Under the pieces are notes generated by a model. It ran no database searches. It was not told the DNA's origin and saw only the letters and a list, made by a program, of their open reading frames with translations. This document shows, piece after piece, positions 1-8,083 of a stretch of 64,000 nucleotides of DNA; positions within the stretch are counted from its first letter, which is position 1, and every line of letters begins with the position of its first letter. Origin of the DNA: Bacteroidetes bacterium GWF2_35_48 (GTDB lineage Bacteria > Bacteroidota > Bacteroidia > Bacteroidales > GWF2-35-48); contig MEOG01000132.1 of the NCBI GenBank assembly GCA_001769125.1, positions 11,628 through 75,627 of the forward strand. Direction: 5' to 3'. Both the position numbers and the translations under genes were made by a program.

Positions 1-178
1 TTTTGAAAATTTTTTTGAAAAGCGCATGCAGCGTACCATGAGAATAGTTAGTGTTTTCGCTGTGCAGCGCATATTTACCCATTGATAATACTACTTCTAA
101 AACAGGATTAACAGGGCTACGCGTTATTTCAATTCTAACAGGATATAAATAACTTAATATACGAGATAATTTTATCAT
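1..178 (-). CDS. 5' part of a gene running off the window start; tentatively a spermidine-synthase-like methyltransferase N-terminus
   Basis: Manual minus-strand translation from ATG (176-178) gives MIKLSRILSYLYPVRIEITRSPVNPVLEVVLSMGKYALHSENTNYSHGTLHALFKKIFK, open to position 1. The LEV..G...L.S.NTNYS.G.LH pattern resembles, from memory, Bacteroidota spermidine-synthase-like proteins. Below the 60-aa cutoff of the ORF track. Confidence 0.35.
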   Translation of the reverse strand, partial: MIKLSRILSYLYPVRIEITRSPVNPVLEVVLSMGKYALHSENTNYSHGTLHALFKKIFK

Positions 179-439
179 TAAAATTTATGAGAATTTTCAC
201 AAATATAAGAGTTTTGTAACGTATTTTATATAAAACCTCTTTCGTTTGATTTGTTTTTTCCTGAAACGCTTTTTAATCGAAGGATGAGTCAATTCCGAAA
301 TTATCTCTCGCTGATTTTTATGTATTGATAATCAAAAAAATATATATCTGCGAAAGCCTGCCTGCATGCCAAGCTTTGCCTGTCCCGTTTAGCAGTGGTT
401 GAGCTCTGCGGAAAAATAATAAAAATAAAATCACCTAAA

Positions 440-472
440 TTGTTACACGCTCAAATTATTTTTGTATATTTG
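440..472 (+). promoter_or_regulatory. Candidate Bacteroidota sigma-A promoter (-33 TTG, -7 TATATTTG) for the 519-5171 gene
   Basis: TATATTTG at 465-472 matches the TAnnTTTG -7 consensus. TTG at 440-442 lies about 22 nt upstream. The box is ~47 nt upstream of the ATG at 519. Confidence 0.4.
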
Positions 473-518
473 TAATTCCAAATACCCAAACGATTCAATA
501 TATTAACTTTTACAAGCC

Positions 519-3500
519 ATGTTAACACAGAAACATATCTATCTGCTGATATTTATAATATTGGCAATAACAGCATCAGGACAGAATATTGGAATTAATG
601 ATAATGGAGACAATCCAGATGCAAGTGCTATGCTTGATGTAAAATCGAATGCCGGAAACCGCGGTCTTCTGATTCCGAGAGTAGCCTTAACTGCAACAAA
701 TGTAGCTGGTCCAATTGCATTACCGACAACATCTTTACTCGTATATAATACTGCTACTGCCGGTATTTCACCAAATAATGTTGTGCCGGGCTATTATTAC
801 AATTCAGGTACTCCGGCAGCCCCTAACTGGGTACGATTTGCTGCTGCCGGCGGCGGGAGTTTAGGTGATGCATGGACAATACTTGGCAATACTGGAACTG
901 CGGTAGCAACAAATTTTATAGGGACAATAGACAATATTAGTCTGGTATTTAGGACATTCAATTCGGAACAAATGCGATTGCAGAGCAGCGGTCAACTAAC
1001 AATCGGAGCCACTACAGCAGGAGGGAAGTTAGATGTTCATCAAACAGCAAGCAACGATGTTTTACGACTTACTAATTATGGAAACACTAATGATATAAGA
1101 TTAAGAAGGACGCAAGGAACCCAAGCTTCGCCAACAGCAACTTCTGCTACCAGTACTATTTTAGGAAGGATTTATGGAGAAGGTTATAATGGAAGTGGTT
1201 TTACAAATGCTGCTGCTATGAGTATGTTAACCGACGGAGTTGGAGGGACTTCTACGGATATGCCGGGAAGAATAGAATTCTATACAACACCCGATGGTTC
1301 GGGAACATTAGCAGAACGTATGCGAATTACCAATGCGGGTTTTGTCGGAATTAATATGACGCCAACCATGCAATTAGATGTCATCAATGCCTCAACAACC
1401 GGAGGTGATGCAACAATACGAGGCGCATCAACTGGCAATGGAGCAGTTTATGGAGTTTTAGGAACTATTTCTTCTACAACCACCAATGCAGCAGGTGTAA
1501 GCGGACAATCGAGCGGAGCCAGCGGACAGGTGTTTGGCGTTTTCGGAACCATTTCTGCATCCAACGCTACTACTAATGCGGCGGGTGTGAGAGGTTATGT
1601 GGGAGCAAGTACCGGCAATGTGTGTGGCGTTTTCGGTGAAAGCGATGCAACAGGAACATTATCTGCAGGGGTTCGTGGTTTAGCAACAGGAAACAACGGT
1701 AAAGGTATTTTTGGACAAAATACATCCACAGGAACAGGCTCTCAATATGGTGTATATGGTGAAAAAACAGGAGCCACAGGAACGGGGACAGGCTATGGTG
1801 TATATGGTGCTGCAACAGGGACTGCTACAACAAATTATGGCGTTTATGGTACGGCTTCCGGCGGTACAACCAACTGGGCCGGGTATTTTAGCGGAAATGT
1901 TGCACTTACCGGAGCATTATCTGCTAACGGTAGTGTGGGAACAGCGGGTTATGTCCTCACATCCAACGGAGCAGGGGCAGCCTACTGGGCGGCAGCCAGC
2001 GGCGGTGTTTCCGGCAGCGGTGCGGCAACAAGAGTTGCATTCTGGGACGGTGCAAGCAGTTTAAGCAGTAACGCAAATTTATATTGGGATAATACAAACA
2101 TCAGGTTGGGAATAGGAACTGCCGGAGCAGGATTATATAAATTACATATTAAAAACATTGTAGCTGCAACACAGGCTGAAGCTTATATTGAGATGAACCA
2201 GACAGGAACACTAAACACGTTCAAACCAGGCCTCAGAATTTATAATTCCAATAATGTTGCTAATGCCGAAGTAGGCATTTCGTTATTATGTGCGAATGGA
2301 TATGGCGTTAATCTTAAATCTATTCAGGGAAGCAGAAACCTTGCCCTTGTGGGCGATGACGGTCAAACATATCATACTTTCGATGCAGATTATTATTATG
2401 TAGGCAGGTCTGCTGCTGTTAATAATTATCAGGCTGCAAATACAGTAAGGTTAAGTAATGGATATAGTTTTGGCGGTGCAGCAAATTATTTATACATTAC
2501 TGATGGTAGTAGTACGGCAAGGGTAGGTATTAACACTGCAAATCCCGGTGCTGCCTTGGAAGTTAACGGTCAGGTAAAAATTACAGGCGGAACACCCGGC
2601 TTAAATAAAGTTTTAACTTCTGATGCAGCAGGTTTGGCTTCGTGGCAAAATGCTACAGGTGGTACAAATTACTGGACTGATGATGGAACATATATCTACC
2701 CCAATACCAGCACAAATGGGAGTTATTATGTGTATGATTCTCATACTGCGTCCGGTTCTAAGCTTTATATTGATGGATATTCATATTCAGAAGCAAATGT
2801 TGCACTGATTAAAGCTATAAAAACAGGAAATTCTGCTACAACTACAGGACACAGCGCAATTTTTGGTCAATCTGATAATTATGGAGGTTCAAATGTTGGC
2901 AAAGATGTATCAAGCAGGGGTGTTTGTGGATATACAAATGCCGGATCATCTCCTTACACATGGGGTGTAGCAGGTTACAGGGTTGACAATGGTGGAGGAC
3001 CTACGGCAGGTGTTATGGGAGCGGTTAGTGATGCTGCAAGTCCAACTGCATGGGGAGCATTAGGATTTCAGGATGCTTCATCTAATGAATATGCAGGATA
3101 TTTTAACGGTGTAATTAAAATTACAGGAGGTAGTCCGGGTGCAGGAAAAGTTTTAACATCTGATGCTACAGGTGGTGCGACATGGGCAGCCGGCGGCGGT
3201 GGTGTTTCCGGCAGCGGTACATTAGATTATATTCCTTTATGGACACCAAACGGAACTACTCTTGGAAATTCCCGCTTCATGCAGCCTAATGCAAACACAA
3301 CATGTCTAAATAACACATATTCCTCGCAAAGCTGTGCTGTTTCTATTTATCCTGTAAATACAAGTACCAAATGGGCTTTTGACGCCTCTTCGCTGTATGG
3401 AAGCACGACAAGCGGAACAGGTTGGCAATATGCTAACGCAGGTGGTGGCGGGGTTATGGGGATACTCGAAACAGCGGGATCATACAAAGTGGGTGTTTTA

Positions 3501-5171
3501 GGCTTAATATATACTACTGGGAATGAAAATACCGCAGGCGTAATCGGATGTAATGAGGCTCAAACATATTTTGGCGCACTTTCAATGTATAAAAATGCAC
3601 TCTGGTATGCAGGTTGGTTTGATGGTGAAGTGGATATTTCATCTAATGCCTCCACCAGAAATACTTTAAATGTTACTGGTGCAGTTTCCAGCCCACAAGC
3701 TATCGGTAAATTTTACAATACTACTACCACTGCTACTGATGCCTGGGGCACTTACGGATACAGCCGCCCACAGGACTATTGGGGCATAGGCGGACAATTC
3801 GAGGGAGGATGGTATGGAGTTAAAGCTATTGTGAATGCTACAGGGAGCAATACATATCATGCTAATCAAGGTTATGTTTCAGGTGCTACCGGTGGAACAA
3901 GCTATGCCTTGGAAGGATTAGCGTCGGGTTCTGGAACAAAATATGGCGGATATTTAACTGCGAGTGGAGCAGGCACAAATTACGGAGTATATGCCAGTGC
4001 AAGTGGTGGGACTACTAACTGGGCAGGGTATTTTAGCGGCAACACTGCCACCACAGGCTATGTTTCCATCACCGGTGTCCAGGACGGTTCCGGAAATCTC
4101 AGGTTCAGCGCGGCAAATCCATATATATCTGCTTCTTCTTATTTTATAGCTCCGGGCGGCGCATACTTTAATAGCGGGGCTGTATATACCGAAGCACAGT
4201 ATCAATGCCGTGGTGGAATACATAATGATAATGCTGCCTACTTAACAGTTGCCGGTGGTACCAGTGGCTATACCTATTTCTCTGGCAATGTTGGTCTTGG
4301 AGTTACAAATCCCAGTTATAAACTACAGGTTGTTGGTAATTCTTATTTTGATGTTGGCACTTATAAGGCTATAGTGGATTATAATGCAGGGGAACCCACA
4401 ATCCATCCTTCTTTAGGTAATTGGGGCTATATCGGTACTTCAAGTTTATATTGGTATCAAATGTATTCTTCTGATTACAATGCATATAATGATTATTATT
4501 ATTTCGACACTTATGATGATCTTTCTTTGTTAAATTCAATTCAAGGCGATACACTTTGGGATCCAATTTTAGGCCATCATGTGATGAAAGCAAATCCTAA
4601 GACAATGCCGCTTTGTGTTACGAATTACAAGGAAACCGGTTTAAATAGCGACTCTAATACCTTTGTGAGTCTCACAAAAATGGATGGTCTCCTGATTGGA
4701 GCATCCCGCCAACTAGACAGAGAAACCCGAGAGCGTGACCATAGGCTGGCCGCACGCACAGATATTATTGCAAAAGCGATAGGTCTAGACTTCAACAATA
4801 TCAATAAAGGGAAAGTAAACCTTAAAATTTCTGACTTTGGTACTATAAAAATGAATGGTAATGAGATGTGGGTTTCATTTTCCGAAGATTTTTCTACACA
4901 GTTGGGAGATAATATACCTATTGTTTCTGTTACACCCAATTGTCCCAGTGTAGTCCTCTGTGTAAGTGAAAAAACTGAAAAAGGCTTTAAGGTAATTGGA
5001 GTTTCCGGAAATGGTGACTTTTCATTCGACTGGATTGCAATGGCAAAGGTAGAAATAATTGTACCCGACTCAGAAGGCATGGAGCAGATTAAAGATGTTT
5101 TTTATCGTAAGTCATTTGATGTTCCGCAAGGAAATTATAAAGTGCTTGATATTTCAGTAAAAAAACAGTAA
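519..5171 (+). CDS. Giant secreted Gly/Thr/Ala-rich fibre or adhesin-like surface protein (1550 aa), tail-fibre-like repeats
   Basis: Signal peptide MLTQKHIYLLIFIILAITASGQ. Repeated GVYG/GxxG blocks. TNWAGYFSGN occurs twice and GKVLTSDA.G.A.W twice. Motif style is shared with the S74 tail-fibre-like ORF at 38024-39373. Single uninterrupted ORF. Confidence 0.8.
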   Translation: MLTQKHIYLLIFIILAITASGQNIGINDNGDNPDASAMLDVKSNAGNRGLLIPRVALTATNVAGPIALPTTSLLVYNTATAGISPNNVVPGYYYNSGTPAAPNWVRFAAAGGGSLGDAWTILGNTGTAVATNFIGTIDNISLVFRTFNSEQMRLQSSGQLTIGATTAGGKLDVHQTASNDVLRLTNYGNTNDIRLRRTQGTQASPTATSATSTILGRIYGEGYNGSGFTNAAAMSMLTDGVGGTSTDMPGRIEFYTTPDGSGTLAERMRITNAGFVGINMTPTMQLDVINASTTGGDATIRGASTGNGAVYGVLGTISSTTTNAAGVSGQSSGASGQVFGVFGTISASNATTNAAGVRGYVGASTGNVCGVFGESDATGTLSAGVRGLATGNNGKGIFGQNTSTGTGSQYGVYGEKTGATGTGTGYGVYGAATGTATTNYGVYGTASGGTTNWAGYFSGNVALTGALSANGSVGTAGYVLTSNGAGAAYWAAASGGVSGSGAATRVAFWDGASSLSSNANLYWDNTNIRLGIGTAGAGLYKLHIKNIVAATQAEAYIEMNQTGTLNTFKPGLRIYNSNNVANAEVGISLLCANGYGVNLKSIQGSRNLALVGDDGQTYHTFDADYYYVGRSAAVNNYQAANTVRLSNGYSFGGAANYLYITDGSSTARVGINTANPGAALEVNGQVKITGGTPGLNKVLTSDAAGLASWQNATGGTNYWTDDGTYIYPNTSTNGSYYVYDSHTASGSKLYIDGYSYSEANVALIKAIKTGNSATTTGHSAIFGQSDNYGGSNVGKDVSSRGVCGYTNAGSSPYTWGVAGYRVDNGGGPTAGVMGAVSDAASPTAWGALGFQDASSNEYAGYFNGVIKITGGSPGAGKVLTSDATGGATWAAGGGGVSGSGTLDYIPLWTPNGTTLGNSRFMQPNANTTCLNNTYSSQSCAVSIYPVNTSTKWAFDASSLYGSTTSGTGWQYANAGGGGVMGILETAGSYKVGVLGLIYTTGNENTAGVIGCNEAQTYFGALSMYKNALWYAGWFDGEVDISSNASTRNTLNVTGAVSSPQAIGKFYNTTTTATDAWGTYGYSRPQDYWGIGGQFEGGWYGVKAIVNATGSNTYHANQGYVSGATGGTSYALEGLASGSGTKYGGYLTASGAGTNYGVYASASGGTTNWAGYFSGNTATTGYVSITGVQDGSGNLRFSAANPYISASSYFIAPGGAYFNSGAVYTEAQYQCRGGIHNDNAAYLTVAGGTSGYTYFSGNVGLGVTNPSYKLQVVGNSYFDVGTYKAIVDYNAGEPTIHPSLGNWGYIGTSSLYWYQMYSSDYNAYNDYYYFDTYDDLSLLNSIQGDTLWDPILGHHVMKANPKTMPLCVTNYKETGLNSDSNTFVSLTKMDGLLIGASRQLDRETRERDHRLAARTDIIAKAIGLDFNNINKGKVNLKISDFGTIKMNGNEMWVSFSEDFSTQLGDNIPIVSVTPNCPSVVLCVSEKTEKGFKVIGVSGNGDFSFDWIAMAKVEIIVPDSEGMEQIKDVFYRKSFDVPQGNYKVLDISVKKQ

Positions 5172-5315
5172 AAAACAGGCGGAGCCCGTTAATTCATCAA
5201 TTCCAAAATAAAGAGTTGAAAAGAGAATAGAAGCGTTGAAAGCAGCAATAGCAGGAGTAAATTACAAATTAATAAATGAGGTATAGTTTTTTAAAGTACA
5301 AATAATGTATAAGCT

Positions 5316-6083
5316 ATGAGAGTTATATTTACAATTTTCCTTATAATTTCTTTTAATATTTCTTTTTCTCAAACAAGCGATGAGGTAAGAATGAATAAAG
5401 AGCAGCTCGAAAAACAAAAACAACAAAATATTGAAGACGCAAGTAAAAAGATGAAAGCAGAATCAGAGGCTAATTATAAAAAGTATCTGGAAGAAAAAGA
5501 AAATGCAAAGAACCAAAATGTACAAAAATATTCATCTACACAAAAAGGCGCAAAAGCAATAGAATCTAATACAAATAATACAGGCAATAATCAGGCATCA
5601 GAAAAAAAGGAAGTTAAAGACAAACCTGATTTCACAAAAATGACAGACAGCGAAAAGGCAGCTTTCGAAAAACAAAAAGAACAAAATGTTGAAGACGCCA
5701 GAAATAAGATGAATGCGGAATCTGAGGCTAAGAATAAAAAATATCTGGGGGAAAAAGAAAATGCAAAGAACCAAAATGTACAAAAATATTCATCTACACA
5801 AAAAGGCGCAAAAGCAATAGACTCAAATACAAATAGTACCGATAATAATCAGGCTTCAGAAAAAAAGGAAGTAAAAGACCAACCTGATTTTTCAAAAATG
5901 ACAGACAGCGAAAAGACAGCTTTTGAAAAACAAAAACAACAAAATGCCGAAGATGCTAGGAAAAAGATGAATGCTGAGTCTGATGCTAATTATAAAAAAT
6001 ACCTGGAAGAACAGGATAATTTAAAGAAGCAGGCTAAACCGAAAAGTTCATCAACAATAATGAATGAAGAAGAAAAAGAATAA
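5316..6083 (+). CDS. Secreted Lys/Glu/Asn-rich tandem-repeat protein (255 aa), function unknown
   Basis: Signal peptide MRVIFTIFLIISFNISFSQ followed by ~2.4 copies of an 86-aa unit (KM.AESEA..KKYL.EKENAKNQNVQKYSSTQKGAKAI.SNTN...NNQASEKKEVKD.PDF.KMTDSEK.AFEKQK.QN.EDA). Confidence 0.7.
   Translation: MRVIFTIFLIISFNISFSQTSDEVRMNKEQLEKQKQQNIEDASKKMKAESEANYKKYLEEKENAKNQNVQKYSSTQKGAKAIESNTNNTGNNQASEKKEVKDKPDFTKMTDSEKAAFEKQKEQNVEDARNKMNAESEAKNKKYLGEKENAKNQNVQKYSSTQKGAKAIDSNTNSTDNNQASEKKEVKDQPDFSKMTDSEKTAFEKQKQQNAEDARKKMNAESDANYKKYLEEQDNLKKQAKPKSSSTIMNEEEKE
5395..6010 (+). repeat. In-frame tandem repeat, 258-bp period, ~2.4 copies
   Basis: atgcaaagaaccaaaatgtacaaaaatattcatctacacaaaaaggcgcaaaagcaatag occurs at 5503 and again at 5761 (offset 258 nt = 86 codons). 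Flanking sequence is also repeated with scattered substitutions. Confidence 0.85.
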
Positions 6084-7553
6084 ATGAAGTTATTTTCAAC
6101 CATATTGTTTAACATTTTTGCTTTTGGCTTATGCGCCCAAGGTCTTGTCATTCAGCCTGGTGCTAACTTAGTATCTAATGGACCGTCTTTGATTATTGTT
6201 GATGGAAACGGAGGCTGGATTAATAATGGCACTGCATCTCTTGTTACAGGCAGCACCAATACTGTAAAATTTGTGGGCAATGCTGCTCAGAATATTGGAG
6301 GCGCCAATTCAACAACTTTTTATAATATTACTGTTGCAAATTCATCAACGGGTCTTGTTCTTGGAAAAAACATCAATGTAAACGGAACCCTATATATGGG
6401 AACCGGTGATTTTGATTTAAAGAGTTTCAATATTGATCTTGGAACAACCGGTTCGCTGAATAATGAATCTGCCACCAGCAGAATAAAAGTTACCCCCATT
6501 CTTACCGATGGAAATGATGGTAAAGTAATTGCAACGCGAACGCTTGTTTCCGGTTTAAATTCTAATATCGCAGGGCTTCGTTTAGATATTAATTCAACAT
6601 CCTACACGGGAGTTAGAACGATTTCAAGGGGGCACCAACAACTTGCAGGCACTGGAGATTTCAGCGCAAATGTAAGCGCTTTGTTATATTATTTATTACC
6701 CGGAATAGGGCAGCTTTCAACAAATAACAGAGTTATAATTAATTATTTTGACGTAGAATTTCAAAACAATACTGTAACTGAAGCGAATATCAGACTTTTT
6801 CAGGAAATTCAGCAGGGAGGCGTGCCTTGGTTTACAAGAATTGCATCTACGGTTAATGCAGGCTCGAATTTAATTAATAGCGATGCAATTGCCTGCCCTT
6901 ACGACACATACGTATGCGATCGTCTCGGCTTGATTACTTTTAACGAATTAATTACCATTGGCAGTAATTACGGAGATCATCCGCTTCCCATTAATTTAGT
7001 TTCGTTCACAACTGTCTGCGATAAAAATAAAGTATTGTTACAGTGGACAACTTCCTCTGAAATCAATAATGACTACTTTACCCTTGAAAAAAGTCCCGAC
7101 TTATATTTCTGGCAGGTAATTGCAACTATTTCCGGGGCAGGAAACAGCAGCTCGCAAAATAATTACATTTGGACAGACGAAGAACCTTACAATGGTATTG
7201 CCTATTACCGTCTTAAACAAACAGATTATAATGGAGATTTCACGTATTCTGCTGTAGTTTCTACAGATTGCGAAACAAAAGTTACAGGAGCTGATTTTTA
7301 TAATTTAATTATTTTCAACAATCCTTATGAAGACGATATTGTAATAACATTTCAGGGGGAAGAAGGACTGCCGTATTCTATATTCCTTATTGACCAACTT
7401 GGAAGAAAATTATACAATAAAATTTCGTATGTTTCAGATGTGTATGAACGTATCAGCATTTCAAAAAACAGCCTTTCAACTGGGATTTATAATATTGTTT
7501 TGTTAAACGAAACAAATATCCATACAAAACAAATTGCAATTATTCGTAAATAG
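6084..7553 (+). CDS. Secreted protein with T9SS C-terminal sorting domain (489 aa)
   Basis: The ATG directly abuts the upstream stop (taaATG). Signal peptide MKLFSTILFNIFAFGLCAQG. C-terminal ~80 aa is a beta-sandwich tail of T9SS type (..GIYNIVLLNETNIHTKQIAIIRK). Confidence 0.75.
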   Translation: MKLFSTILFNIFAFGLCAQGLVIQPGANLVSNGPSLIIVDGNGGWINNGTASLVTGSTNTVKFVGNAAQNIGGANSTTFYNITVANSSTGLVLGKNINVNGTLYMGTGDFDLKSFNIDLGTTGSLNNESATSRIKVTPILTDGNDGKVIATRTLVSGLNSNIAGLRLDINSTSYTGVRTISRGHQQLAGTGDFSANVSALLYYLLPGIGQLSTNNRVIINYFDVEFQNNTVTEANIRLFQEIQQGGVPWFTRIASTVNAGSNLINSDAIACPYDTYVCDRLGLITFNELITIGSNYGDHPLPINLVSFTTVCDKNKVLLQWTTSSEINNDYFTLEKSPDLYFWQVIATISGAGNSSSQNNYIWTDEEPYNGIAYYRLKQTDYNGDFTYSAVVSTDCETKVTGADFYNLIIFNNPYEDDIVITFQGEEGLPYSIFLIDQLGRKLYNKISYVSDVYERISISKNSLSTGIYNIVLLNETNIHTKQIAIIRK

Positions 7554-7675
7554 TCCCTGCAAGAAAACAGCAATTGCTGCGTTACGCTCGTCTTTCACGT
7601 CAGTCATTTACAAAAGTAAACTCCTGACATTCAATTCTCGCAAGCCTTGCACTTGCTATTTTCTTATCAGGCACA
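7554..7675 (+). repeat. Palindromic intergenic element, family 'P-long', copy 1 (MITE/REP-like)
   Basis: Starts at the stop codon of the 6084-7553 gene. Left arm cctgcaagaaaacagcaa (7556-7573) pairs with right arm ttgctattttcttatcagg (7653-7671). Central conserved core agtcatttacaaaagtaaac. Homologous copies at 23921-24070 and 46969-47135. Confidence 0.75.
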
Positions 7676-7924
7676 CACATTGTGAGCAAAAAACATGAGT
7701 TTTCTTGCTGATTAAATAAAAGATTCTTTTAGATTCGCTCTATTCTCTTTAACCACATTTTAACCCCGCTTTCATTTCTTCTTAATGTTGATGTTATATA
7801 TTTGCATGATTCTCTTTTTGCTTTGCCTGAAATTGTTTTTTCAAAACAATTTTTTATTCGAAGTATTACTTTTCGACGGGGCTATTATACTGTAAACGTA
7901 TGATATTTTAACTTTTTCACTTTT

Positions 7925-8008
7925 GTTGCAGGTTGCATGGTGCAGGTTGCATGGTGATTTCGATGCTTCGGCTTGGCTCAGCAACCTCAGGCTCAATCAC
8001 CGTTCAGC
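7925..8008. repeat. Short GC-richer intergenic repeat cluster (gttgcaggttgca x2 plus a ggtgatt..aatcacc hairpin unit)
   Basis: gttgcaggttgcatggtgcaggttgcatggtgatttcgatgcttcggcttggctcagcaacctcaggctcaatcacc. Related units at 24109-24166, 48501-48620, 58197-58250 (inverted) and 61411-61520. Confidence 0.65.
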
Positions 8009-8083
8009 TTACAACTAAAAGGTAAGGGCTTAAGCAATTTGAGTATATATTCCATAAACTTATTCACTAAAAAATAGTGTTAA

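Noticed and set aside
1573-5080. Antisense or alternative-frame ORFs inside the giant fibre gene (1573-1815, 1711-2064, 2623-2808, 3666-3869, 3954-4223, 3964-4149, 4369-4593, 4625-5080)
   Set aside because: They lie fully within a long, motif-supported CDS and their translations are low-complexity mirror images without start context. They are typical shadow ORFs.
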